DNA from: Curvularia clavata
Lineage: Eukaryota
Direction of reading: 5' to 3'
Assembly: GCA_023920165.1 (NCBI GenBank)
Contig: CP089279.1
Coordinates: 2,232,001 to 2,296,000, forward strand
Length of the DNA stretch: 64,000 nt
The position numbers were made by a program, and so were the translations under genes. The notes below the pieces were generated by a model, which saw only the letters and a program-made list of their open reading frames with translations, was not told where the DNA came from and did no database searches. The first letter of the stretch is position 1. Each line of letters opens with the position of its first letter. Below are positions 13,143-25,062 of the stretch, one piece after another.

Positions 13143-16100
13143 ATGGCTGACCTGGCTACTTATAGCGAGCTTCGAGAGCTGCCCGAAGACCAGCATCTCT
13201 TCTGCCCCCGCGTCGGCGATGACGGAGCAGTATACTATGCTGAAGATGTCGCCGCTTACCCACCGGAAACCGACCCCGCCGAACTCGAAGACCGCAGGAT
13301 AAAGCTGCAAGCGGCTGAGGAGCGGAAATGGACAGCACTCAAGGCAGCGGAAATTCTGGCATTTGACGGCGAAGAAGCGGCACCCCACAAGGAATGGCTG
13401 ATCAGCCGCCTCAACTGTCTGATGCAGAGTTGTGATGTATGTGTGAGGGTGTTCCACCAATCCAGAGCAGAATGGCGGACACGGCTGCTCGACTCGTATG
13501 ACGAAGAGAACATTGGTCCATTTCTAGAGGTCGTAGATAACCAATGCCTGGAACGCATAAACAAGGCTCTGGATGAAGCGACCGAGATCCTAAGCAAGGC
13601 CGAACCGAAGACGCGATCAGTACGCCTGCTGCCGAACGAGTGCACTTACGGCTTCTTTGAGGCACTCAGCTGTGATGCTTTGATACGGAACGAGGAGCTT
13701 CTGCAAAAACATTTCGATGCTCCGTTTGACATGGTGCAAACGAAGAAGCGATTAAAGGTGCAAACGTACCTACCGGCCATGACACGCTTCTTATTCAGCA
13801 GGGTCGAGCGGCGCCAGACATGGGCGACGGAGTCGTGGTCTACCTTCAAGCGGAATATGATAAAGTCCGAGTGGGATTGGGCAGTGCGAGACTACGTCAC
13901 AAGCGCCATGATGAAGATTCAGATGTACAATCTGGACATATCCATGGTACCTCTCTTCTGGAGCGGTGCTCGACTCATAGTCGCTAAGATGGATAGAGAT
14001 CTCATCACGGAATCCCTGCGAGGCCTCGACGGAGACTTCTATCGCTTGATGCTGGATCACCTTTCTCTCAAGACCGAGGCTTTCTTGGACTTGATTGCGA
14101 CCATGAAACAGTTGCTTGAAAAGTCTCCAGTCGATTACTGGGATGGCATGAATGCCGTTACCCCGTCCATTGCAACTGTGGTCGAGCAAGTATTCAACAG
14201 CCCTGTTTTCAGCCAGCTTCTCTTGGCAATGGCGGAAGATAACGAGCAGAACATGAACAACCTTCATGCTGCTTTTGGCTGGATACCACCTTTTCTTGGC
14301 TCTATCAAGCTCGCGAACCTTGGACCGGCGGTTCGGCCATTTGCCCAAGCGCTTCTTGGGCGCTTTCAATCAGACAAGTACCCACCCAAATCCCGGGAAT
14401 ATTGCTACAGGGAGGGCCTCAAGGTACTGGAATATGCGTTCGACAAGATGGGAGAGGGCAAAACGATTGATAAATTTGTTGGCCAACCCACTGTCAATAG
14501 TATGCTTGACGTGTTATCAACCTTCATCCAGGCACTGGTGGTAAACCTAAAGCGCTTCAAGAGCAACAAGGAGAGTCAAGGAGACATGCGGCTGGCCCTC
14601 TCGGTTATTGAGCATGCTTTCAAGCTCGAGGCACAATCTTTGATCATTGAGAGGCAATTGATAACTGCGAAGCAGCCGTCGCCTACCGAGACACCACCGT
14701 CTAGTCCGATTTGGAAAACGGTCTTGAAAGCGATTGGACCCGACAGCTTAGAACTTGCTACGCATATGCTCGTCGCTGGAAGGGGCCTGATTGGTCTTGA
14801 ACCGCTGCAGATGAAGGCTGGCATAGACAAAGTGCCCCCGACCGTGCGTCATTTTAACGACCGCTTCAGGTTATTGTCTCAATCTATCACCGATGTCGTG
14901 GAAAGGATGTCGGAGTTTGAGCCTAGCTTGCTCCAAGCACTGTTTGGGCAGCAGGCTGCGGCGAGTGCAATCGTCTCTTTGATGTTCTCGTCCACTGAGG
15001 ATACTCGCAACTCTGCTATTGAGCTTTTGAAGGTCATTAGTGGAGAAGAGGAACGCCGTGGGGCTCTGCAGCACATTTTGAGGGTTCATTACAGACATGT
15101 CGTGCGAGGTATCTCCGATTCAGCTCGGCAGGTCAGGCTGAAGAAGGCGTTCGCCCCTGTTCCCAGTATGATCAAAACGTGCAACGACATCATCGACATC
15201 ATCTGCAATACACAGGATGGTATATTGCGCGGCCGAGAGTACGACGCTGGAGATGCCGTGGTGACGATGACACTGTGGGAGAACCTGTGGGACTCACTCA
15301 CAATGATTTTCGCAACTACTGAGGCTTGGAGTAACCTGGGCTTTTACGACAAGCACATGATGATGGATTTTTGCAGAGACACCATGCAGTTTGCTGATGT
15401 CTTGTTTGACCAATGCAGCATTTTTGCGACTGCTTTGAAACCCCCCGCTGACGATGAAGAGAGTACGACAAAGACGCAGCTGCTCAAGGAGCTTCTGGCA
15501 CGACCGGCGAACGCTATGGAGGGTTTAGCAAGATGGCTGCGTCTTCGTGACGAGTTCTTGTCCAGCAAGTCTGTTACATTGATTAGCAAGCTGCTCGTTC
15601 GGCTGCACCGAGTGTCCATTGAGATCGATGCTGATACTCTCTCGTACATGGAACGCGTGCTTTCAGGAGACGTGCGTGCAAAACTCAGTGACACGCAGCA
15701 GGCTGAGCTGCAACAAGCTCTGGAAGAGCATCTTGGACGTCCACTCGTTAAGGAAGAGGAGCCCGTGAAGCCCAAGCAAGTCTCCATCAGCAAATGGATG
15801 GCTACTGGGACGACTTCGACTTCTACCTCAACTTCAACGGCTGATGCCAAGGCCAGGTTGCTTGCCAGTATGACAGCTGGAGCCAGCAAATTCCAGGAGC
15901 GACGGGAGCAGATGAAGGCTGCTGAAAAGGCCGCGCAGCAAAAAGCAGCTGACGACAAGAAGAATGCTACGCAAGCCGAGTTCAAACGCAAGAGGCAATT
16001 GGACAAGGAAAAGCGCGAAAGGGAAAAGGCCGCTGCAATTGCCAAGGCCAAAGCGGCTAGGGGCATCACTGCTGAAGCTGGTTCTGGTCTGGAAGGCTTG

Positions 16101-19100
16101 GGCGTCTTGGGCAAGGACCAGGCCGCAAAGGGTGAAGGCTTGATGCATTCATCTGACGAATCATCAGATGAAGAAGGCGATATCGATGAAGACCTCTTCG
16201 GCATCAAGAAGGAAAAGGTCAAGGCTGGACCGAGGACGAACATTGTCAATGAAGTCAAGGTTCAAATGCCAACCAAGAAGAAGAGGGCTCAGCGATCTGC
16301 CAAGGACATGCGTGCCCGTTTGGCGCCTGACCTCAGTAATTTACACCGTACTATCCTCGGCTGGAATTACTTTCATGAAGGCGACTTTCCTCCAAAGTCG
16401 AGGCCCGAGTTGTATTCGAAGGTTCTCAATACTTTCCGCACACCCAACGACTACCAAAATACTTTCGAGCCGCTCCTGACACTCGAAGCATGGCAAGGCT
16501 TTGTCAAAGCTCGCGAAGAGAACCAAGCCAGGCCATATGAGATACGAATCACATCACGAGCTGCGGTCGACATGTTCCAAGAGATTGGCAGCACGATGAC
16601 GCATGTCGAGAATAGAGAAGTGCTCATCTCCGAAGGTGATATCATCCTCTTTTCACAGTCAAAGTCTCCTTCTGGCGAGGAGCCAACTTGCCTTGCAAGA
16701 GTGTTCCGTGTAAAGAGGAAGCAACAGCATATTGAAGTGTCGTATCGCGTCGTGCCAGGGAATCCGCTCAACTCGGCGCTGCAGCCCAACAACACATTGT
16801 TTGGTACTAAGCTGCAGTCCATTACTCCCCTGGAGCGTGAATATGGTGCGCTCAAGGGTCTCCAGTACTACGATCTATGCGATGAAATCATTCGAGCGAA
16901 ACCCTCTCCTCTTCTTACCTACAAGGACAGCCAGCTCCAACCGCTCATCTCCAACTACAACGTCAATACTGCACAGGCGAAGGCTATTAAGTCGGCCATC
17001 GACAATGATGCCTTTACTTTGATTCAGGGGTAGGTCATAGAAACGCGTTATAGTTGTAGACTGTAGATACTGACCTTCTATCATAGTCCTCCAGGTTCCG
17101 GAAAAACTAAGACGATTACTGCAATTGTTGGAGCGATCCTGAGCGATAGCCTTCGCAACCGCGGCACGGCCATTTCTGTCCCCGGTCAGCAACGCTCAGA
17201 GAATGCGTCAAAGAAGTTGCTGGTCTGTGCTCCTAGTAACGCAGCTGTTGATGAGTTGGTCATGCGTTTCAAGGATGGGATCAAGACGCTCAATGGCGAA
17301 TCGCGCAAAGTTAACATTGTGCGTCTGGGACGAACTGATGCTGTCAAGGCTAGTGTGCAAGACGTGACACTTGAAGAACTTGTCAACAAGCGATTGGGAG
17401 TGGATCCAACGGATGACAAAGACAAAGAGGCAACGCAAAAGCTGTTCGCACAGCACAAGGAGATCTCGAATCAGCTCAAGCAGGCCTATCAGCAGCGAGA
17501 CTCTGGTGAGGTCAAGGGCGAAGCTGCCGTTAAGCTTGACGACGACATCAATGCTCTACGCAGGCAAAAGATTGCGCTTGGAACAAAGATTGATAACGTC
17601 AAAGATGACGAGAAGCTTGCCAGCCGTAACGCTGATCTGAACCGCCGAAGAGCACAAGAAGCGGTCCTTAACGAGGCACACGTTATCTGTGCAACGCTGA
17701 GTGGATCTGGTCACGAGATGTTCCAGGGATTAAGCATTGAGTTCGAAACCGTCATCGTTGATGAAGCTGCACAGTGTGTGGAGATGAGTGCACTGATTCC
17801 CCTCAAGTACGGATGCGCCAAGTGTATCTTGGTCGGAGATCCAAAACAGTTGCCTCCAACGGTCTTCTCCAAGGAGGCGGCGCGCTTCCAGTACGAGCAA
17901 AGTTTGTTCGTTCGCATGCAGAAAAACCATCCTAACGACGTGCATCTGCTTGATACGCAGTACCGTATGCATCCTGAAATCAGCTTGTTCCCCAGTCAGA
18001 CATTTTATGATGGCAGACTATTGGATGGCGGCGACATGGCTGGGCTGCGCAAACAACCGTGGCATCAAAGCATGATACTTGGGCCATACCGCTTTTTCGA
18101 TGTCAAAGGTCAGCAGTCGGCTGCGCCAAAGGGCCACTCGCTTATCAACATTGCTGAAGTCAAGGTTGCAATGCAGCTGTACAAGCGACTTACCTCTGAC
18201 TACCCAGACTACAACTTCAAAGGCAAAGTTGGCATCATTACGCCTTACAAGAGCCAGTTGCGCGAGCTGAAACAGAGCTTTATGCAGGTATATGGCCAGA
18301 GCATTATCGAAGATATTGACTTCAACACCACCGACGCCTTTCAGGGTCGTGAAAGCGAAGTCATCATCTTCTCCTGTGTGCGAGCCTCTCCGTCTGGTGG
18401 TATCGGTTTCCTTCAAGATATTCGCCGTATGAACGTCGGTCTTACACGTGCAAAGTCGTCTCTCTGGGTTCTCGGTAACTCTGAGTCGCTCCAGCGCGGT
18501 CAATTCTGGAACAAACTGATTGTCAATGCCAAAGAGAGGAACCGATTTACCGATGGCGATGTACCGAAGATGCTGAACCAGCACTCAAGCAAATTCCCGG
18601 CACCAAAGGAAGGCTATGTGCAGCCTAACCGGCCCACGCCCGAAGTCAAGCTGGAGATCAAGTCCGAGCCCATGAGCAGGTCGGGAAGTAACCAATCCGG
18701 GGGTACCTCTTCAAGCTCGGACACCCAGCCGACGATCAAGCACGAGATCAAGCAAGAAATCAAGAACGAACACAAACTGGTACAACATGTAAAACGCAAA
18801 CTCGACGAGGAAACAAACGGCGTAGACAGCCTGAAACTCGAAAGCAGCGACGTCGAAATGGACGACGTGGCATCTGATGCTGCTTCCTCTTCTAATGTCC
18901 TGAACGGTGGAGGGAGCGGTCGCTCGACGCCGGCCGCAGCGGGACCCGATGCATTGTCCTCGCGCAAGAGCTCAATGACGCCCAGTGCAGACACCGCCAC
19001 CAATAGTGCCAGTGTACCACACCCAACCGACGTCATAGGCGGCATGTCAATGATGGCTAAACCGAAGATTCGAAGACGGCCCCGTGAATCGGCGAGTCCG

Positions 19101-19133
19101 TTTATCAAGACGAAGAAGCCAAGGACTGGATAA
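13143..19133 (+). CDS. SEN1: Sen1 RNA/DNA helicase (SF1B, Upf1-like). Exons 13143..17029, 17087..19133
   Basis: Long helical N-terminal domain with CDVCVRVFH. Spliced Walker A LIQGPPGSGKT, plus LVCAPSNAAVDE, IVDEAAQ, LVGDPKQLPP, QYRMHPEI, DAFQGRE and RRMNVGLTRAK. Confidence 0.96.
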
Positions 19134-21493
19134 ATAAGAAAGAGAAACATGATCAAAGGGGGATGGAAAGCATAGAAGGAGAGAGAGGGGGGAAGTTATA
19201 CCAGCAGCAGTAGCAGTGATTAGGCATTAGAGAAGGTGAAGGAGGGGTGTTTCGTAACTTCACAGCATGTATATGTATCGATGTACGTGTACGAGTTTCG
19301 ATGTCTTGTTTTTCCTTTTTTTTTTTTCCTTCTCGCTTCAAGGCGAAGAGGAAATGCATCTTGGGCGTTTTTGTGCTGGCGTTTAACTCATTCCAGAGTT
19401 CAGCTTTTGGGGCCGAGGGTTATTGATATATTGTTATCTATGCTATGGTGGTAGGTAGGTAGTGAGTGAGGTGTGGTTGAATGTGGTATCTATGTGGTTC
19501 TTGTCTCCTACTTGCTACCGCGTGTACCTCGCTACGGCGGACTCATCTGATGTCGAACTACCTACCTACCTACCTATCTACCCATTATCATAGCCTCCGG
19601 TACTGAGTCCATGCAATACGACTATATCTGAGCTGCGAAACTATCCATCATCTCACTCAAGCTGGTTACTTGCTTGCTTTTTCCGTCGCCTGGGAGAGGC
19701 ACGGGGTAGGCGGGAGCAAGGGCGAAGAGAAGGGGTCTGTCGCGGCTCCACCTTCCCACCTTCATATTGTACGAGAATTTAAGGTTGTCGTAAAAGTTTG
19801 AAGAAATGGACGTGCACAACAAAATGTTCGTGCGACCCCGGTATTAAGAGCCGAAGTGAACTCAATCGAACTGAACTATTATTGATCTGCACGGTTTCTG
19901 GGGTGGAGTGGGGACGCGCAAGCGGGTGGTGGGTGTGTGTGTGAGAGAGAGAGAGATTCCGAAGTCCCTGCTTTTATGGGCATGGGCTGTTAGGTACCTA
20001 GGTACGCGCTGGGTGTGAATGCTGTGGCTGTATATTTTACATCCACGGGTATAGGGCAGCGCGGAAATGTTTGCCTACTCTGTTTCCTTTCTTTCTTTCT
20101 TTTTTCGGGGTGGCTTAGATATCTACCCTACGGCTAACGTGGTGATGTGGGGTTTTCGTGTATGTGTGTTGATGGTACCAGCAGCCTTGCCGGCGTGGCT
20201 TCTTGATCGGGTAGGCTTCAGAACTGTGTGAATGACTCGTGACAGCAGGCGGCTCTTATTCGCGGCGTTTCATAAAGAGTGGGGGATTGTGTGGGGTTTC
20301 CCGCTCTGTAGTGGGGTTCTGGATTGCGTGGTTTGTTTTGCTGGCTGGTCGTGTGTTGTGAGGTTTACTTTACCGTTTACATTGGGTGTACCTATCTCGT
20401 TGCTGTGTTATGGGTTGTAGCACTTTGAACGCCACTGACGAGGGGCAGTGTGTGGCCTATGTATGAGTACTTTGCTTTTCCTAATATATGCATCTTCGCG
20501 TATCTTGGTTCTAATCGCCAGGTCTCGATGGGTTATATCGGCATATGACCGTTCCGCTCTCTCGGCTTTGGCGTTGGAAAGGCGTAGATAGCGGGTGAGG
20601 CGGTGGCTTGGTTTGTTTTGTTTCCTTGGTTGTAGTCTTTCTAACATCTTTCTTTTGACGGGAAGAAGAAAACCCGCCGCGCATTCCGCGATCTCTTTGG
20701 TACACATGCAGCGCGGCCTACATGCGACCCCGTACGTAGGACATTCCCGGATCGTCGGTAATATCTCAGTTACATGGATCGTACCTAGGTTGCTTGTTCG
20801 TCTTGTTCTCGGCTGCGGAAGGAAACGAAAGGAGGCAAGCGTCCGCGATGCAGAATGGATCGTGGTGACAACGACAATGATGATGAAAAATGTTCTATTG
20901 CTTTTCTTTTGTTTTCGCTTTCGGTTCCAAGACGCCCTTCGTATGCGTGCTATTCCCACGAAAACTTTCTTTTTTCGTTTACCCACTTCCGCCCAATTTC
21001 CGGGATCTTGTTTCAAGAAGAGAAAGAAAAGTAAATACTACGTGTTCGAAGAACTCTTGTTATTAGGGTCGGCATGCGCCGGCTGTACGCTATTGTGCAA
21101 CAGTTGGTGTCGCCTTTTTTCCTTGGTTTCGCCATCACAAGCTTACATGCTGTCTGCGGCAGACTACATGATACTCTCTTCGTCTTGAGAACTAGAAGCG
21201 GTCAGTGTTTAACTTTGCAGAAAGCTTGGACACGAAAAGAGATACCCGGTCACGCCAGAGGCTTAAACATTTCAAGAAGCCTGGATTCACGCCACGATCA
21301 CCTACCGATTTAGCAAGCCTGTTCTAGAGATACGGAATCACTGCATCTACAAATTTACGGAGTTTTCCACTAGATACACGCTCCAGGCCGGCATTTTTTC
21401 AGTGAGCGCATCGGATATCGAAGGGGGAAAAGCTGCGCAGGCACTGGATTCACTTCGAGATTGATTTCCTAACCAACTCGATTACGAGGTACC

Positions 21494-23464
21494 ATGTCTT
21501 GCATAACCACAGAGCAGTTATTGAATTCTTTCCCAATGTTCGGCAATACGGGATGGAGCGCACTCGAATATGCCAGAAACAATAACCCGAGTACATCATC
21601 TGGGTCGTCCCAACGTACATCAACGGATTCGACGCCAGACGACAACATTACCCCACCCACTACTGCAGGCACACATATGAGTGGCTATGAAGAGTCACTT
21701 CCCATACTTTGGAACCACAATAGTAATCTTCGGCAGAGGGGTAAAGGCACTTTTTTTAATCATACACCTCGGGATCACGAGGTGTGGACGTCCAGGCCAT
21801 TGGATACAGAGCGGCCGCGGACAGCTTCGAGAGAGAATTATTCACGCCCCAGGCTGCCTGATCGGTCCGTGTCGATGGAGGAGAACGGTGCTCTCTCAAG
21901 TCAGCACGGATACAGCGCATCAGTGGAGCCGTACAAGGCCGGTTACGATCGAATCTCTGGACTTTCTGTACCTCCGATTGAGCTCGAATCGCCAAAAACA
22001 GCGTCTTCCCATTATTCTACAGAAGAATTTGAGCCATCGGGCAAGCCAGCACAACGCTCTACATCTATTCCCATAGCCAGTGCGTTCAAGTCCGAACCCC
22101 GCGCTGTATTGTCTTTGGGTTATGAACAGAAGGAGTTCAGTGTTTGGAGTGCGAATTCGCAGAACAACCACCTTCAAAGCCTCAAACAGTCCCATGAAAA
22201 ACCATCCAGGGCTCCGTCCCCGAATCCGAAGAAGACCGCACGACATGCGCTACTGGAGCCTTTGGTTGCTAAGCACAGACGCGAAGCCATGTGCGAAATA
22301 TCGCCCCACACAGAGACTGAGCAAGCCGGAGAAATGGGCGTTTTCGGGATGATGGAAGGGTGCCTGGACGGCCAGGCTGGGGAAGCGCTCTCGACACCTA
22401 ACATAACGTTCCATGCTTACTTGCCCCATTCTCAAGAAGTCGGTCTTCGCGAAACATCAGAGCCAACACGATCTGGGTCAGTGGAGAAAAGGACCCCAAG
22501 ATGGCCTATTCCTGGATTGGAGGTACTAGAGCCACGACCAGCGGTACCCAAGCGAAGTTCAGAACGTCTTGCACGTTTCCCGCTCTACGAAAAATCTTGC
22601 TCATCGCCGGCTGTCGATTACGCCAGTAGAGCGCAAAACCAACATGCACCACATCAAAGAAGCCGTACACATGACTACAACCAGCAGGGTCCTAGCATGC
22701 AAACCCAGAGACGCGTTGAATTGGGGAAAGCAGGCCGATCAGCCTCCTCCTCTACTCAAGTAGGACGCCTAGCGCCGCCCATTCTCAGCCACGCCGCCCT
22801 CACCGCAAGCGCTAATCTCGGCCTGAACGACCTCAGCTCCTATCTCAAAAACACAGGGCCGCCCAGTCCAGCACCACAGCCACTTACACGTCACCGCCAA
22901 AAGAGGAGTCTAAAACTGTTCCGATCAAGAGACCGCAGGAAGCAAACGGAAGATGATGCACAGAGTGCTTCTGCTTCGCTACAAAGGATTCATAAACAAG
23001 CATCTGCCGTCCCGTCTTGTGCTCGGGAAATGCACACAACGGCTGGTTCAAGGCACTTGAGGATTGTGGTGCCGGCGGCGGATAGCGTATACGAAATGCA
23101 AGCATGGGAACGCCAAGCGGAACAGCGTAGGAAACACGAAGGGATTTCGATCCAAAGAAGCTACCATGGCGAGAAGATCCAAGCCAGCTATCCGAATACT
23201 TTGGTTGGCGGTCCAGTTTGGGATCCAAATTCAGTCCGAGATACTTTGGTGAACGGTGATTATAATGAAGGTTTTGACGAAAAGGAGCTGGCCTATACCG
23301 CGGAGCAAGTAAAGGAAAGGCTGGCGGTGTTGCAACAACAGAATTTGCGGCTGATGGAAGAGCTAGCAAAGATTCTGGGACTGAACATGGAAGAGCACAA
23401 CTTGGAGTATGAGGACGTACTGAGGGCGTCGGCCAAGGCTAGATTTGTTATGGGTTGCGAGTAG
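21494..23464 (+). CDS. Hypothetical protein (656 aa), Ser/Pro/Arg-rich and probably disordered, with a C-terminal coiled coil
   Basis: ATG-initiated 1.97-kb ORF. LSSYLKNTGPP motif. Heptad-like AEQVKERLAVLQQQNLRLMEELAKILGL near the C-terminus. Confidence 0.75.
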   Translation: MSCITTEQLLNSFPMFGNTGWSALEYARNNNPSTSSGSSQRTSTDSTPDDNITPPTTAGTHMSGYEESLPILWNHNSNLRQRGKGTFFNHTPRDHEVWTSRPLDTERPRTASRENYSRPRLPDRSVSMEENGALSSQHGYSASVEPYKAGYDRISGLSVPPIELESPKTASSHYSTEEFEPSGKPAQRSTSIPIASAFKSEPRAVLSLGYEQKEFSVWSANSQNNHLQSLKQSHEKPSRAPSPNPKKTARHALLEPLVAKHRREAMCEISPHTETEQAGEMGVFGMMEGCLDGQAGEALSTPNITFHAYLPHSQEVGLRETSEPTRSGSVEKRTPRWPIPGLEVLEPRPAVPKRSSERLARFPLYEKSCSSPAVDYASRAQNQHAPHQRSRTHDYNQQGPSMQTQRRVELGKAGRSASSSTQVGRLAPPILSHAALTASANLGLNDLSSYLKNTGPPSPAPQPLTRHRQKRSLKLFRSRDRRKQTEDDAQSASASLQRIHKQASAVPSCAREMHTTAGSRHLRIVVPAADSVYEMQAWERQAEQRRKHEGISIQRSYHGEKIQASYPNTLVGGPVWDPNSVRDTLVNGDYNEGFDEKELAYTAEQVKERLAVLQQQNLRLMEELAKILGLNMEEHNLEYEDVLRASAKARFVMGCE

Positions 23465-23904
23465 TAGGTTGAAGATGAGGAAAGAGTAAGGGTGTAGTGC
23501 AACGGCGATCCATTCTTTGTTTCATACGGAGCCATTCTTCAGTCTCGCATCATTTCTATGTACCATGTAAAATAGGCTTCTCGGGAACTTTCAACGGTTG
23601 GTTGTATACGGTTAGTACTCTAAAAATAGATTTGCCATTGGATAGAAATGGCAACCTGGTCTGGGCTTTCGTCCCATACGAGGTAATGCCGCTAAATACT
23701 CACCGCCAACCTTATCGATAAGCCAGCGAAACCCGTCATTTCCCTCCCCCTCTTCCCGCGAACGAGACCCGTGCACACTCATTCCTTTGACCTGCCCAGT
23801 AAATATATTACAAAGCTCCAATTGAGTTCAACTGTAATTTCTGGAACCCCTAGATAAGGCATTTGAACAATCTTCCTCTCATTTCACACTTCATTGCTAC
23901 CACA

Positions 23905-24504
23905 ATGACTGTATCGAACGAAGGACCGCTCTTTAGCACCGATCTCATTTCCCCAGATGTGCTCAAGGCGCTGCCAGAGGGCTACAACTGCCGACCTCTA
24001 GAGCGAAAGGACTATGGAAACGGGTTCCTGGATGTACTACGTGTACTCACCACTGTTGGAGACATAACTGAAGAGGTGAGCCACACCTATTGCCCCTGTT
24101 TCTAGCATGCTAAAAAAAAGAAACTCATTTGAACCAACGTTACTGACGTGCGCCTCAAGCAATGGAACGAGCGTTACGACTGGATGTCTAAGCGCAACGA
24201 CGAATACTACCTCCTCTGCATCACCGACTCGTCCAATGCTATTGTTGGCACTGGCGCCCTTATCGTCGAGCGCAAGTTCATCCACCAGCTGGGTCTCGTC
24301 GGCCACATTGAGGATATTGCGGTTGCCAAGGACCAGCAGGGCAAGAAGCTTGGTCTGAGGATCATCCAGGCGCTGGATTTCGTCGCCGAGAAGGTCGGGT
24401 GTTACAAGACAATTCTGGATTGCTCCGAGGCGAATGAGGGGTTCTATGTCAAGTGTGGATTCAAGAGGGCAGGCCTTGAGATGGCGCATTACTATGGAAG
24501 GTAA
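23905..24504 (+). CDS. GNA1: Glucosamine-6-phosphate N-acetyltransferase (GNAT). Exons 23905..24075, 24160..24504
   Basis: LPEGYNCRPL, LRVLTTVG, IVERKFIHQLGLVGHIEDIAV, QGKKLG, GCYKTILDC and FYVKCGF motifs. Intron GTGAGC...CTGAC...AAG. Confidence 0.96.
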
Positions 24505-25062
24505 AGAGATACGCGGTACAATGCATAGATGAGAGCGTGTTGACATCTCGTGCTATCACGGCTGTTGAGGGCGTTTCGTGTTTTTATTTGATGCGTGGGA
24601 ATCGGTATTAGATGGGCTGCTATGCATGAATATGTATAGAGAGATATGATAGATTGCGCTCAACTTGAGCGAGCTCTCTAAAAGATTTTTTTTGCTGGAA
24701 CTTCGAGTAGGGAACAAGAAAGGCTGAGAGTAATTTGTAAACTTATACTCTCATCTGAATCTGTATTTCAGGGAGCCATTTCGAGATTTATGTAGGTCTG
24801 TCGACATGCTTGGGCTGCGTTCATACAATTAAGGGAAATAGTGGAGGGGCTAAGGTTCAATTCGTTCGCTTCGCCCCTCTTGTCTAACACCATCATTGCA
24901 ACAACCAACTTGTTGCGATGAATACCGACTACAATCAAACCCGGCTGACATTCGTTTGAGGGCTATTTCGTCACTGGTGACGTATGAGTCTGCTCACAAG
25001 TCGCATGCGTCGCAAGCCCGAGACGCAAACGTCATTGCAAATTAAGAGATAGTACCACAAGG

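Noticed and set aside
15344..16258. Long antisense ORFs (also 48261..49220, 45636..46355, 41039..41626, 3443..4240)
   Set aside because: Shadows of real genes on the opposite strand, with no independent motifs.
24076..24106. Alternative early TAG acceptor in the GNA1 intron
   Set aside because: It would give a 31-nt intron with no branch site. The CTGAC/AAG acceptor at 24159 restores the conserved frame.
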